Shown: piece by piece, positions 36,226-43,632 of the stretch
How the letters are laid out: every line of letters starts with the position of its first letter
Position numbering within the stretch: the stretch's first letter is position 1
NCBI GenBank assembly: GCA_963526655.1
Contig: CAUROB010000001.1
Coordinates: 1-47,586 of the forward strand
DNA length: 47,586 nucleotides
Direction of reading: 5' to 3'
DNA from: an uncultured Candidatus Saccharibacteria bacterium
GTDB taxonomy: Bacteria; Patescibacteriota; Saccharimonadia; Saccharimonadales; Saccharimonadaceae
Made by a program: the position numbers and the translations under genes
Notes under the pieces: generated by a model
The model's database searches: none
The model's input: the letters and a program-made list of their open reading frames with translations, nothing else
What the model was told of the DNA's origin: nothing

Positions 36226-36606
36226 ATGAAAAAAACCATTATTAAAATAGCCGGCGCGTTTGCCCTTCCTATGTTGGTTATGGGTGTCGTATTTTTGGCG
36301 TCTGGCGATAACGCATTTGCCCAGGTTCGAGAAGGTTTGAACAAGGTTCAAAACGCCAACACTGGTGCTAGTGCTAACGTTGATGACATCATCTCAAAGT
36401 CAATCAACTTTGCATTGATGGCCATTGCGATTGTCTCTGTGTTTATGTTGATCCTTGGTGGCTTTAAATACACCACATCAAATGGTGATAGTGCCAAGGT
36501 GACATCTGCTAAGAATACCATCATGTACTCTTTGATCGGTCTGTTGATTGCTATCTTTGCCTACGCTATCGTTAACTTTGTGGTCAATAAGGTTACCGGT
36601 AACTAG
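36226..36606 (+). CDS. VirB2/TrbC-like pilin 5 (candidate major pilin)
   Basis: Signal peptide; GGFKYTTSNGDSAKVTSAKNTIMYSLIGL; own TGG-TATAAT (36175-36180) and AAGGAAAGGA SD. Confidence 0.87.
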   Translation: MKKTIIKIAGAFALPMLVMGVVFLASGDNAFAQVREGLNKVQNANTGASANVDDIISKSINFALMAIAIVSVFMLILGGFKYTTSNGDSAKVTSAKNTIMYSLIGLLIAIFAYAIVNFVVNKVTGN

Positions 36607-36625
36607 GACAATTAGCTATAACTTC

Positions 36626-36656
36626 AAAAACACCAGTCATTGCGACTGGTGTTTTT
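36626..36656. terminator. Bidirectional intrinsic terminator
   Basis: aaaaacaccagtc-attgc-gactggtgttttt between convergent pilin and hsp20. Confidence 0.9.
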
Positions 36657-36675
36657 AGTAGAGATTAGTGATTGA

Positions 36676-37149
36676 TTACAGAACTTGAATCTTCTTAGCT
36701 TTTTCTTGTTTTACTTTTTCAAAGGTAATTGTCAATACACCGTCTTTTAGTTCTGCTTTTACACCCTCTTCCTTGACTGCGACTGGAAGAGCTAGGGTTC
36801 GCCGAAATTCACCCCAATAACATTCCTGAATGTGCCAGTTGTTAACTTCAGTCTCGTCACCACTGGACAAGGTGCCAGAGATGGTCAAGATACCATCAGA
36901 GATGCTGACATCCAGGTCGTTGCGGTCAACGCCAGCGGTGCGTGCTTTGATGACCAATTCTCCTTCGGTCTCAAAAACGTCAACCGCTAACTGACCCATC
37001 AGGTCATCAGCGTCCTCTTCCCAGTTGTCTTCAGCGGCAGTCATGGTTGGTGCTGGTGCTGGTGCTGGAGTTGACAAATCAGCTTCATCCAAAAATGCAG
37101 CAGTTAAATCGTCATCTGTAAATAAATTATCGTCCTGTTTCCGGGCCAT
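36676..37149 (-). CDS. Small heat shock protein (Hsp20/alpha-crystallin)
   Basis: LAVDVFET, GEFRRTLALP, AELKDGVLTI. Confidence 0.92.
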   Translation of the reverse strand: MARKQDDNLFTDDDLTAAFLDEADLSTPAPAPAPTMTAAEDNWEEDADDLMGQLAVDVFETEGELVIKARTAGVDRNDLDVSISDGILTISGTLSSGDETEVNNWHIQECYWGEFRRTLALPVAVKEEGVKAELKDGVLTITFEKVKQEKAKKIQVL

Positions 37150-37254
37150 AGTTGTTCCTCCACTCTATTTGGCTCAATTGACAATGTTCCCTATTAGTAT
37201 AACGGTTATGTGCGTTATAATCAACAGTGAAAGGTAAAAAACGTAAAAAATACA

Positions 37255-37938
37255 ATGTTTGATAAGGTATTGTCAGTCATCGCTCCTCACTACTGTTATG
37301 GGTGTGGAAAAACTGGTCAAACTATTTGCCAAAAATGTAAAAAACACATCATACAGATGAGCTATACTACATGTGTGTTGTGTGATCGGCGGCCTAAATA
37401 TGGTAATTATTGTGGTAGACATCACTTCCCTGTTCAATGTATTTATTGTTTGCTGCTCAGGCAAGGTGTGGTGTTGCAAGCGATTGACGCGCTCAAGTTT
37501 GAGCGCAAACGAGCTGTCATCAACGATTTGGTAGATATCACTGACGCATTACTGCCACAGCTGCCAGCTAATAGCGTACTAGTTCCTATTCCGACCACAC
37601 CACGCAATACCCGCATCAGAGGATATGACCACATGAAGCTGATTTGTCGCCAGTTGGGGCGAGTTAGGAGAATCCCTGTTAAGCAAGTGCTTCAGCGACG
37701 CAATAACGTGACACAGCATTTTGCTACATCAGCCAAACAGCGGAAATTGCAGGCAAAAGAGTTTTTCCGGGTGGTGGGTGATATCGATCCAGCCAAGCAG
37801 TACTATCTGGTGGATGACATTTTCACTACTGGTGCTACAGTGCGGGAGGCTGCCAACTGTTTGCGTCAGGCGGGCGCTACCTCAGTGACAATCATAGTCC
37901 TGACGCGGCAAACTTCACAAGAAACCACAGCTGATTAG
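37255..37938 (+). CDS. comF: ComF-family phosphoribosyltransferase-like protein
   Basis: CxxC..CxxC zinc finger, LVPIP, RGYD, LVDDIFTTGAT. Confidence 0.88.
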   Translation: MFDKVLSVIAPHYCYGCGKTGQTICQKCKKHIIQMSYTTCVLCDRRPKYGNYCGRHHFPVQCIYCLLLRQGVVLQAIDALKFERKRAVINDLVDITDALLPQLPANSVLVPIPTTPRNTRIRGYDHMKLICRQLGRVRRIPVKQVLQRRNNVTQHFATSAKQRKLQAKEFFRVVGDIDPAKQYYLVDDIFTTGATVREAANCLRQAGATSVTIIVLTRQTSQETTAD

Positions 37939-38390
37939 ACGTGGTGATATCCGCTACCTTTGGCGATTTCTTGGGCGCGGTAGAGCTGCTCTGTCAGAAC
38001 TAGGCGGACAAGTTGATGCGGGAATACTAGCTTTGACAGCGACCAAACGACATCAGCCCGTTCGCGTAGTTCTGAAGAAACACCAAACGCCCCACCAATG
38101 ATGATGACCACGGACTGACTGTGGGTGAACTGCTCTTCTAGGAAAGCAGACAGTTCAGGAGACGATAAATTATTACCTCTTTCATCCAGTAAAATGACAA
38201 AATGATCTGGCTTGATCTGCTTAAGTATCCGCTCAGACTCTTCCTGACGCGCTCTGGAGCCTTCGAGTGAAGAATTAGCCAACAATACCCATTCAACATT
38301 CCACGGGGCTCTCAGGCGCTTCTGATAGTATTCTAGGCCGTCCATGACCCATGGATTATTTTTCTTGCCGATTGTGATAATTTTGAGCAT
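37935..38390 (-). CDS. rlmH: 23S rRNA pseudouridine-1915 methyltransferase
   Basis: LDERG, IIGGAFG, SLSKLVFPHQLVRLVLTEQLYRA, YHH. Confidence 0.95.
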   Translation of the reverse strand: MLKIITIGKKNNPWVMDGLEYYQKRLRAPWNVEWVLLANSSLEGSRARQEESERILKQIKPDHFVILLDERGNNLSSPELSAFLEEQFTHSQSVVIIIGGAFGVSSELRERADVVWSLSKLVFPHQLVRLVLTEQLYRAQEIAKGSGYHHV

Positions 38391-38440
38391 ATCTACTGCA
38401 AGTATAACCCAACCTCTGGTATAATGAAAAAGTCAATCAC

Positions 38441-38528
38441 GGAGAGGTGCAGGAGTGGTTGAACTGGCCGCTCTCGAAAAGCGGTAAGCCGCAAGGCTTC
38501 GAGGGTTCGAATCCCTCTCTCTCCGCCA
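38441..38528 (+). tRNA. tRNA-Ser(CGA)
   Basis: Anticodon arm ccgct-ctCGAaa-agcgg, long variable arm, GCCA end. Confidence 0.96.
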
Positions 38529-38628
38529 TGGAATATTTATTAAACCCTCGCCACGGTGAGGGTTCTGTACTACCACAGAAGAATTATGATACAATGATAT
38601 TGAAATATCGTAAAAAGGAGATGATAAT

Positions 38629-38871
38629 ATGGATTTTAATTATGAAAATTTGCCTAAATATATTGAAATTGCCGAGGAGGTTATTAGGGGCTTAGGAGGA
38701 GCGGCGGTTAATACCGTTCAATTTCTTGATGTAATGGCAAAAGAATATGGTATTTCCGCGCCAGATGCACTTCTTGCTGCTGATACCGCAGACTTCATTT
38801 GGGTAGATCATCTTGAGGGCACAGTTGGGTTGTCTGAGCCGTCTTCTAAAGAGGAGCTGACAGAAGAATAA
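38629..38871 (+). CDS. Small acidic hypothetical protein
   Basis: 80 aa ORF, AAGGAG SD, TACAAT box upstream, terminator downstream. Confidence 0.65.
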   Translation: MDFNYENLPKYIEIAEEVIRGLGGAAVNTVQFLDVMAKEYGISAPDALLAADTADFIWVDHLEGTVGLSEPSSKEELTEE

Positions 38872-38892
38872 TCTACGGGATGGTTCAGAATA

Positions 38893-38924
38893 AAAACAAC
38901 TCTTCCATGACGAAGAGTTGTTTT
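38893..38924. terminator. Bidirectional intrinsic terminator
   Basis: aaaacaactcttc-catgac-gaagagttgtttt. Confidence 0.88.
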
Positions 38925-38936
38925 GATAATGCTCAT

Positions 38937-39013
38937 TGGTACACCCGGCACGATTCGAACGTACGACCTTTGGCTCCGCAAGCCAACGCTCTATCCAGCT
39001 GAGCTACGGGTGC
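38937..39013 (-). tRNA. tRNA-Arg(GCG)
   Basis: Minus strand anticodon arm ttggc-ttGCGga-gccaa, GTTCGAATC, ACCA end. Confidence 0.95.
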
Positions 39014-39128
39014 ATACAGCCTTTCGGTAAAACCGATTGGCCATAACAAAAATATAAGGTACCTTCTCTGCTCACATCATGAACATCGAACTTTTACATT
39101 CTAACACATATCAAAAGCTAAGAGCAAG

Positions 39129-39626
39129 CTAAAGCTTAATGATTCGGATGAGTTTTTCCAAAGCGTCTGGTTTTATCTCTTGCATGGGGAGGCGTGTGCC
39201 TAACATATCGACAATTACTTCCCCTTCTGTCTCTGAAAAGTAAATGGTTAGCCCCGGTGAGAAACGTTTAACGGGAAGTAGTAATACTGAGAATTGACCT
39301 TGATATTCGATAACTCCAAAGGCTTTGAATTCACTAAAATCGTATAACTTGTCCGCCACATAAACACCTTTAGGGCTAATGGCATAGTTGATCATGCGAG
39401 GAGTCTTGGTAGACAGAGATAGTAATGCCACTGCCATGATGGGTATCAACACCGTGAATGTCCAGCTTTTGATCCAAAAAACAGATAGCGCCATGAGCAC
39501 CATGATGACTACGGCAAATGATAGATACCAGCCTAGACCGCGCACTGGACCTCTGGTCTCTGGGGCGTGCCAAGAAAACGGTTCAGACAAATCATGAGCT
39601 GTTGCTTTGGTTGGTTCTGCTTCCAT
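39129..39626 (-). CDS. Hypothetical two-TM membrane protein with PH-like C-terminal domain (DUF5673-like)
   Basis: FSWHAPE, two TM helices, ISPKGVYV..YDFSEFKAF. Confidence 0.65.
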   Translation of the reverse strand: MEAEPTKATAHDLSEPFSWHAPETRGPVRGLGWYLSFAVVIMVLMALSVFWIKSWTFTVLIPIMAVALLSLSTKTPRMINYAISPKGVYVADKLYDFSEFKAFGVIEYQGQFSVLLLPVKRFSPGLTIYFSETEGEVIVDMLGTRLPMQEIKPDALEKLIRIIKL

Positions 39627-39658
39627 GGTTTTAGTATACCATGAGCATGATGTGCAGG

Positions 39659-40060
39659 CTAGACGTCAGTAGAGCCACCACTGACGGCGAAATTGATGAC
39701 AAACTTGATGATGGCATAGGCAAAAAGAGCGATCAATAGACCAATGACAGCATACAAGATGGTGTTCTTGGCGGCGGTAACCGATTCTTTTCGTCCACCA
39801 GATATGACATAACGAAAACCACCAAAGATCAGCATAACAACGCTGACCACCGCGATACCGATCAGCATAAAGTTGATAACCCGACGCACTAAAGAGCTGT
39901 CACCGTTCCATAGGTTGGTTGGCACGCCATTGCCGCGAGCTGCCTCTACACCTTCTGCAAAACCACCCTCACCAAGTGCTAGGGCTGGTAGACCAGTGAT
40001 GGTCAATGCCAACATGGTCGTTATGATGATGCTTGCGCTAACGGTTACAATCTTTTTCAT
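39659..40060 (-). CDS. VirB2/TrbC-like pilin 6 (orphan)
   Basis: Signal peptide; GGFRYVISGG..SVTAAKNTILYAVIGLLIALFAYAI, homologous to pilins 4 and 5. Confidence 0.85.
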   Translation of the reverse strand: MKKIVTVSASIIITTMLALTITGLPALALGEGGFAEGVEAARGNGVPTNLWNGDSSLVRRVINFMLIGIAVVSVVMLIFGGFRYVISGGRKESVTAAKNTILYAVIGLLIALFAYAIIKFVINFAVSGGSTDV

Positions 40061-40156
40061 AATAGTTATATTATCCTTGTTTGGTATTAAAAAGTCAACG
40101 CTATGGTATTTTGTACAGGTGTGGTACAATGTAACCAGGTTTCATGGTCTACATTT

Positions 40157-40249
40157 GGAGGAGTACCCAAGTGGCTGAAGGGGACGGTTTGCTAAATCGT
40201 TAGTACGGAGAGATCTGTAGCGGGAGTTCGAATCTCCCCTCCTCCGCCA
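40157..40249 (+). tRNA. tRNA-Ser(GCT)
   Basis: acggt-ttGCTaa-atcgt, long variable arm, GCCA end. Confidence 0.95.
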
Positions 40250-40261
40250 GAAACTGATATG

Positions 40262-40295
40262 AAATTCTCAACTTACGGGTTGGGAATTTTTATTT
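40262..40295 (+). terminator. Intrinsic terminator after tRNA-Ser(GCT)
   Basis: aaattctcaac / gttgggaattt stem plus T run. Confidence 0.7.
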
Positions 40296-40331
40296 GTGAA
40301 CAGGAGTGTGGTATAATGTGAACAGATTTCT

Positions 40332-40421
40332 GGAAGGGTGACCGAGTGGTTGAAGGTACCGGTCTTGAAAACCGGCGTGCGGTAAAACGTACCGAGGGTT
40401 CGAATCCCTCCCCTTCCGCCA
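40332..40421 (+). tRNA. tRNA-Ser(TGA)
   Basis: ccggt-ctTGAaa-accgg, long variable arm, GCCA end. Confidence 0.96.
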
Positions 40422-40432
40422 GAATGATACGT

Positions 40433-40455
40433 AAACACCTCAAGTAGGTGTTTTT
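40433..40455 (+). terminator. Intrinsic terminator after tRNA-Ser(TGA)
   Basis: aaacacct-caagt-aggtgttttt. Confidence 0.75.
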
Positions 40456-40479
40456 ATTTGCCATCAACGTGAAATATAC

Positions 40480-40508
40480 TTGACATAAAATAAAACTTAT
40501 GCTAATAT
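40480..40508 (+). promoter_or_regulatory. Near-consensus sigma70 promoter
   Basis: TTGACA-17 bp-TAATAT with extended TG. Confidence 0.7.
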
Positions 40509-40564
40509 GATAATCAGTTTAACAGCGCTTGGTGCGCGTTAATAAAACATAAACAGAGAGATAG

Positions 40565-40921
40565 ATGAATATATTACAACAGATTATTACACAATTTACC
40601 ATATTTGTGAGCCTGACTACTGCTTGTGGTGTACTGATGCACGACACCCACGTGGATAAGGCGGTGGTATCAGTATTTAGTACAGTTGATTTTCAGGGAT
40701 CAACGGGTGACGATGGTATGAAAACGACGAGGATTGGCTCGTCAGCGCATACACACCCGGAACATACATCACTGAGTAGTATCATTCATGATGGATCAGC
40801 AAACCCACGTTCGACACCGCGTAATGATGACCGAAAATATATGAAAGTTAAGCGTGCCCAGGGCAATGGCGGTCCTGAGTTTGATGGGCAACGCCTGTGT
40901 ATCGGTAAGATTTGTTTTTAG
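40565..40921 (+). CDS. Hypothetical protein, N-terminal hydrophobic segment and His motifs
   Basis: 118 aa ORF behind a strong promoter and AGAGAG SD; MHDTH and AHTHPEH. Confidence 0.65.
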   Translation: MNILQQIITQFTIFVSLTTACGVLMHDTHVDKAVVSVFSTVDFQGSTGDDGMKTTRIGSSAHTHPEHTSLSSIIHDGSANPRSTPRNDDRKYMKVKRAQGNGGPEFDGQRLCIGKICF

Positions 40922-43473
40922 TTAAATTTGATAACTTCCAACTCGGTAACTAGCCGCTTAATGAGCGCCTGTTGCTCTGTGATGTGTTGGCGAGTCTCTT
41001 CCACTAAGTGGGCTGGTGCTTTTTCAGCGTAGGACGGATTGTTGATACGCGCTTCAAGCCCCTCGAGGCGTTTTCGGGCTTCTGCGAGGCGCATTTCCAG
41101 CTCAGTCTGGTGCTGGTAGAGCGTCTTGTCATCGATATCCAGCCACACTTCCCTGTTTGCTGCGGCCAATCTGAGACCACGTGGTTGATCAGTGTGCTCA
41201 ACTGAGGCAAGGCGCATGAGGTGTTTGATGGTGTCGGCGTTTTCCTTGACCAAGCTGTCATTGCCGTATAGTAAGCGATATTTTTTATTGCCCGGTAGCT
41301 CTGTGATCACCCAGCGACCTTCGGAGACTAATTCTTTGATTCGTTCAAATTGTTCAGCTTCAATTTCATCGTATTGTTCTGGTGTTGGCCAGCTGTCGCG
41401 CATCAGAATACCGTCGGTGTAGTTGAGTGTCTGCCAAATTGTCTCAGTGACGAACGGTGCGAATGGATGAGTAATCCTCAGGCTGGTTGCCAGTACCCAT
41501 GACAATAATGGGCGGTTGATGGCGGTTTTTGATGATTCGATGTACCAATCAGCGACGTCATCCCAAATGGCGTGATAGACGGTTTCGGCGGCCTCAGAAA
41601 AACGGTATTGCTCCAAACGAACAGCGATGTTGTTGGCTGCGTCGTTTAGTTGACGGATAATCCAGTGGTCAGCTGGGGTTTGTGGCTGTAATGGCACAAT
41701 GACGTGATCGTCGCCAATTTGCGCTTCAACAAAGCGAGCAATATTCCACAGCTTGTTGCAGAAGTTACGAGCAGCGATGACCGCACCCCGGTTGAATGCT
41801 TGATGCTGAGCTGGCGCTCGCCCAGCGATGATACCCATGCGGGTGGCGTCTGAGCCGAATTCTGACACCAGTTCCATTGGGTTGATGACATTGCCTTTGG
41901 ATTTGGACATTTTTTGATTGTGCTCGTCGTTGACCATGCCGTGTAGATAAACATCTTTGAATGGTAATTTGCCGGTGCGGTACAGACTGAGCATAATCAT
42001 GCGTGATACCCATGCTCGCATGATGTCCATACCAGTTTCCATCAGGCTGGTTGGGAAGTATTTAGCTAGTTCCCCGCCATTGAGATAATCGGTAACGATG
42101 TACGGCCATTGACCAGAGGAGAACCAGGTGTCAAAGGTGTCTTCTTCTCTGATATATGTTGTGCCATTTACAACAATACGCTTTTCTGTCACCCGAGTGT
42201 CAAAGATCCAGTCGTTTGAGTCGGTTTCATTAACAAAGGCTGGAATTGGGATACCCCACGGAATCTGTCGGGAGATGTTCCAGTCTTTGAGCTGCTCCAG
42301 GTAGGCGATGAGTTCTTTACGCTTTGAGGCTGGGTGGAAAGTAATCTCCCCTTTCTCTAGTGCCTCAATGGCTGGCTTAGCCAGTGGCTGCATTTTGATA
42401 AACCACTGCTCTTTAACCATTGGTTCAATAACGGTGCCACACTTGTAACAATGACCGACGGCATGTTCAATGTCAGATTCACCGCGACGTAGCTCCATGG
42501 CTTCCAGGGCGGCTAGGATGCGGCGTCTCGCTTCTTGTGGATCTAGGCCTAAGAATTGTGGCGGCACGTTGATTAGCTTACCATCGTGGCTGATGATACT
42601 TTTGATCGGCAGGCCATGACGTTCTGCCATCTCAAAGTCATTTGGATCATGCGCTGGGGTTATTTTGACGGCTCCAGTACCATAGCTCATGTCGACGTAT
42701 TCGTCAGCGATGATTGGGATTTCGCGGTCGATAATTGGCAGGAGAATGCGAGTACCAATGAGTTTTTTGTAGCGCTCGTCATCAGGGTGAACAGCCACCG
42801 CTACGTCACCAAGCATGGTCTCAGGACGGGTGGTGGCAACTACGATCTCGCCAATTTTGTCCAATGTTGGGTAGGCAATTTTCCATAACGTACCCTTCTC
42901 TGTTTTGTGCTCGACCTCGATATCGGCGAAGCTAGTTTGGTGAACAGTACAGTAGTTAACGATTCGTTCGCCACGGTAAATCAGATCATCTTCCCACATC
43001 TGTTTGAAGGTGTCGTACACCGTCTGTATCACCTTGTCGTCTAGAGTGAATGTAAGGTGCTTCCAGGAGGCGCTGGTGCCCAAGGCGCGTAGCTGTAATT
43101 CCATATTGCCACGCTTTTCTTGGACAAAATTCCACACCTGGCTATACAGTTGTTCTCGCGAAAAATCAAAGCGACTTTTACCCTGCTTTGCCAGCTCTTT
43201 TTCGTAGACTACCCATGTTTCAAAGCCAGCATGGTCGGCACCGGGGATAAACACTGCATCATCGCCCTTGAGCCTATGATAGCGGATCAAGATATCCTTC
43301 AGGTTCATATCAAGCGCGTGTCCGATATGTAGGTTGCCGTTGGCGTTTGGTGGTGGCATGACGATACTGTACGGCTTACCTTCACCTGTGGGCGCAAAAG
43401 AATTGCTCGTCTCCCACAGGGCATAAATATCTGGTTCGTAGTCATTTGGAATGTATTGTTTGGCTAATTGCAT
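40918..43473 (-). CDS. valS: Valine--tRNA ligase
   Basis: PPPNANGNLHIGH, TTRPET, DWNISRQ, DTWFSS, KMSKSKGN, C-terminal coiled coil. Confidence 0.97.
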   Translation of the reverse strand: MQLAKQYIPNDYEPDIYALWETSNSFAPTGEGKPYSIVMPPPNANGNLHIGHALDMNLKDILIRYHRLKGDDAVFIPGADHAGFETWVVYEKELAKQGKSRFDFSREQLYSQVWNFVQEKRGNMELQLRALGTSASWKHLTFTLDDKVIQTVYDTFKQMWEDDLIYRGERIVNYCTVHQTSFADIEVEHKTEKGTLWKIAYPTLDKIGEIVVATTRPETMLGDVAVAVHPDDERYKKLIGTRILLPIIDREIPIIADEYVDMSYGTGAVKITPAHDPNDFEMAERHGLPIKSIISHDGKLINVPPQFLGLDPQEARRRILAALEAMELRRGESDIEHAVGHCYKCGTVIEPMVKEQWFIKMQPLAKPAIEALEKGEITFHPASKRKELIAYLEQLKDWNISRQIPWGIPIPAFVNETDSNDWIFDTRVTEKRIVVNGTTYIREEDTFDTWFSSGQWPYIVTDYLNGGELAKYFPTSLMETGMDIMRAWVSRMIMLSLYRTGKLPFKDVYLHGMVNDEHNQKMSKSKGNVINPMELVSEFGSDATRMGIIAGRAPAQHQAFNRGAVIAARNFCNKLWNIARFVEAQIGDDHVIVPLQPQTPADHWIIRQLNDAANNIAVRLEQYRFSEAAETVYHAIWDDVADWYIESSKTAINRPLLSWVLATSLRITHPFAPFVTETIWQTLNYTDGILMRDSWPTPEQYDEIEAEQFERIKELVSEGRWVITELPGNKKYRLLYGNDSLVKENADTIKHLMRLASVEHTDQPRGLRLAAANREVWLDIDDKTLYQHQTELEMRLAEARKRLEGLEARINNPSYAEKAPAHLVEETRQHITEQQALIKRLVTELEVIKFN

Positions 43474-43498
43474 ATGATCTAATTCCTATATATTTCAC

Positions 43499-43603
43499 GG
43501 GAAAAATGACACACATAAACCACTGACTACTTTTCACACGAAAAAGTACCCTCGAGCGAGCTTATGTGTGTATTCTCCCATGTTTATTTCTGGTTATAGT
43601 ATA
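43499..43603 (-). promoter_or_regulatory. valS promoter and structured 5' leader
   Basis: TGG-TATACT (43598-43603); 10-bp perfect stem 43509-43518/43562-43571 enclosing two small hairpins. Confidence 0.55.
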
Positions 43604-43632
43604 CCATAGAACTGGGATTTTAGCGTTATGGC

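Noticed and set aside
37045..37070. (tggtgc)n repeat in hsp20
   Set aside because: In-frame PAPAPAP linker; too short to imply a mechanism
43474..43632. Classical T-box riboswitch upstream of valS
   Set aside because: No GGTGG-ACC-CG T-box motif or terminator/antiterminator pair; too short for stem I; kept only as an unclassified leader
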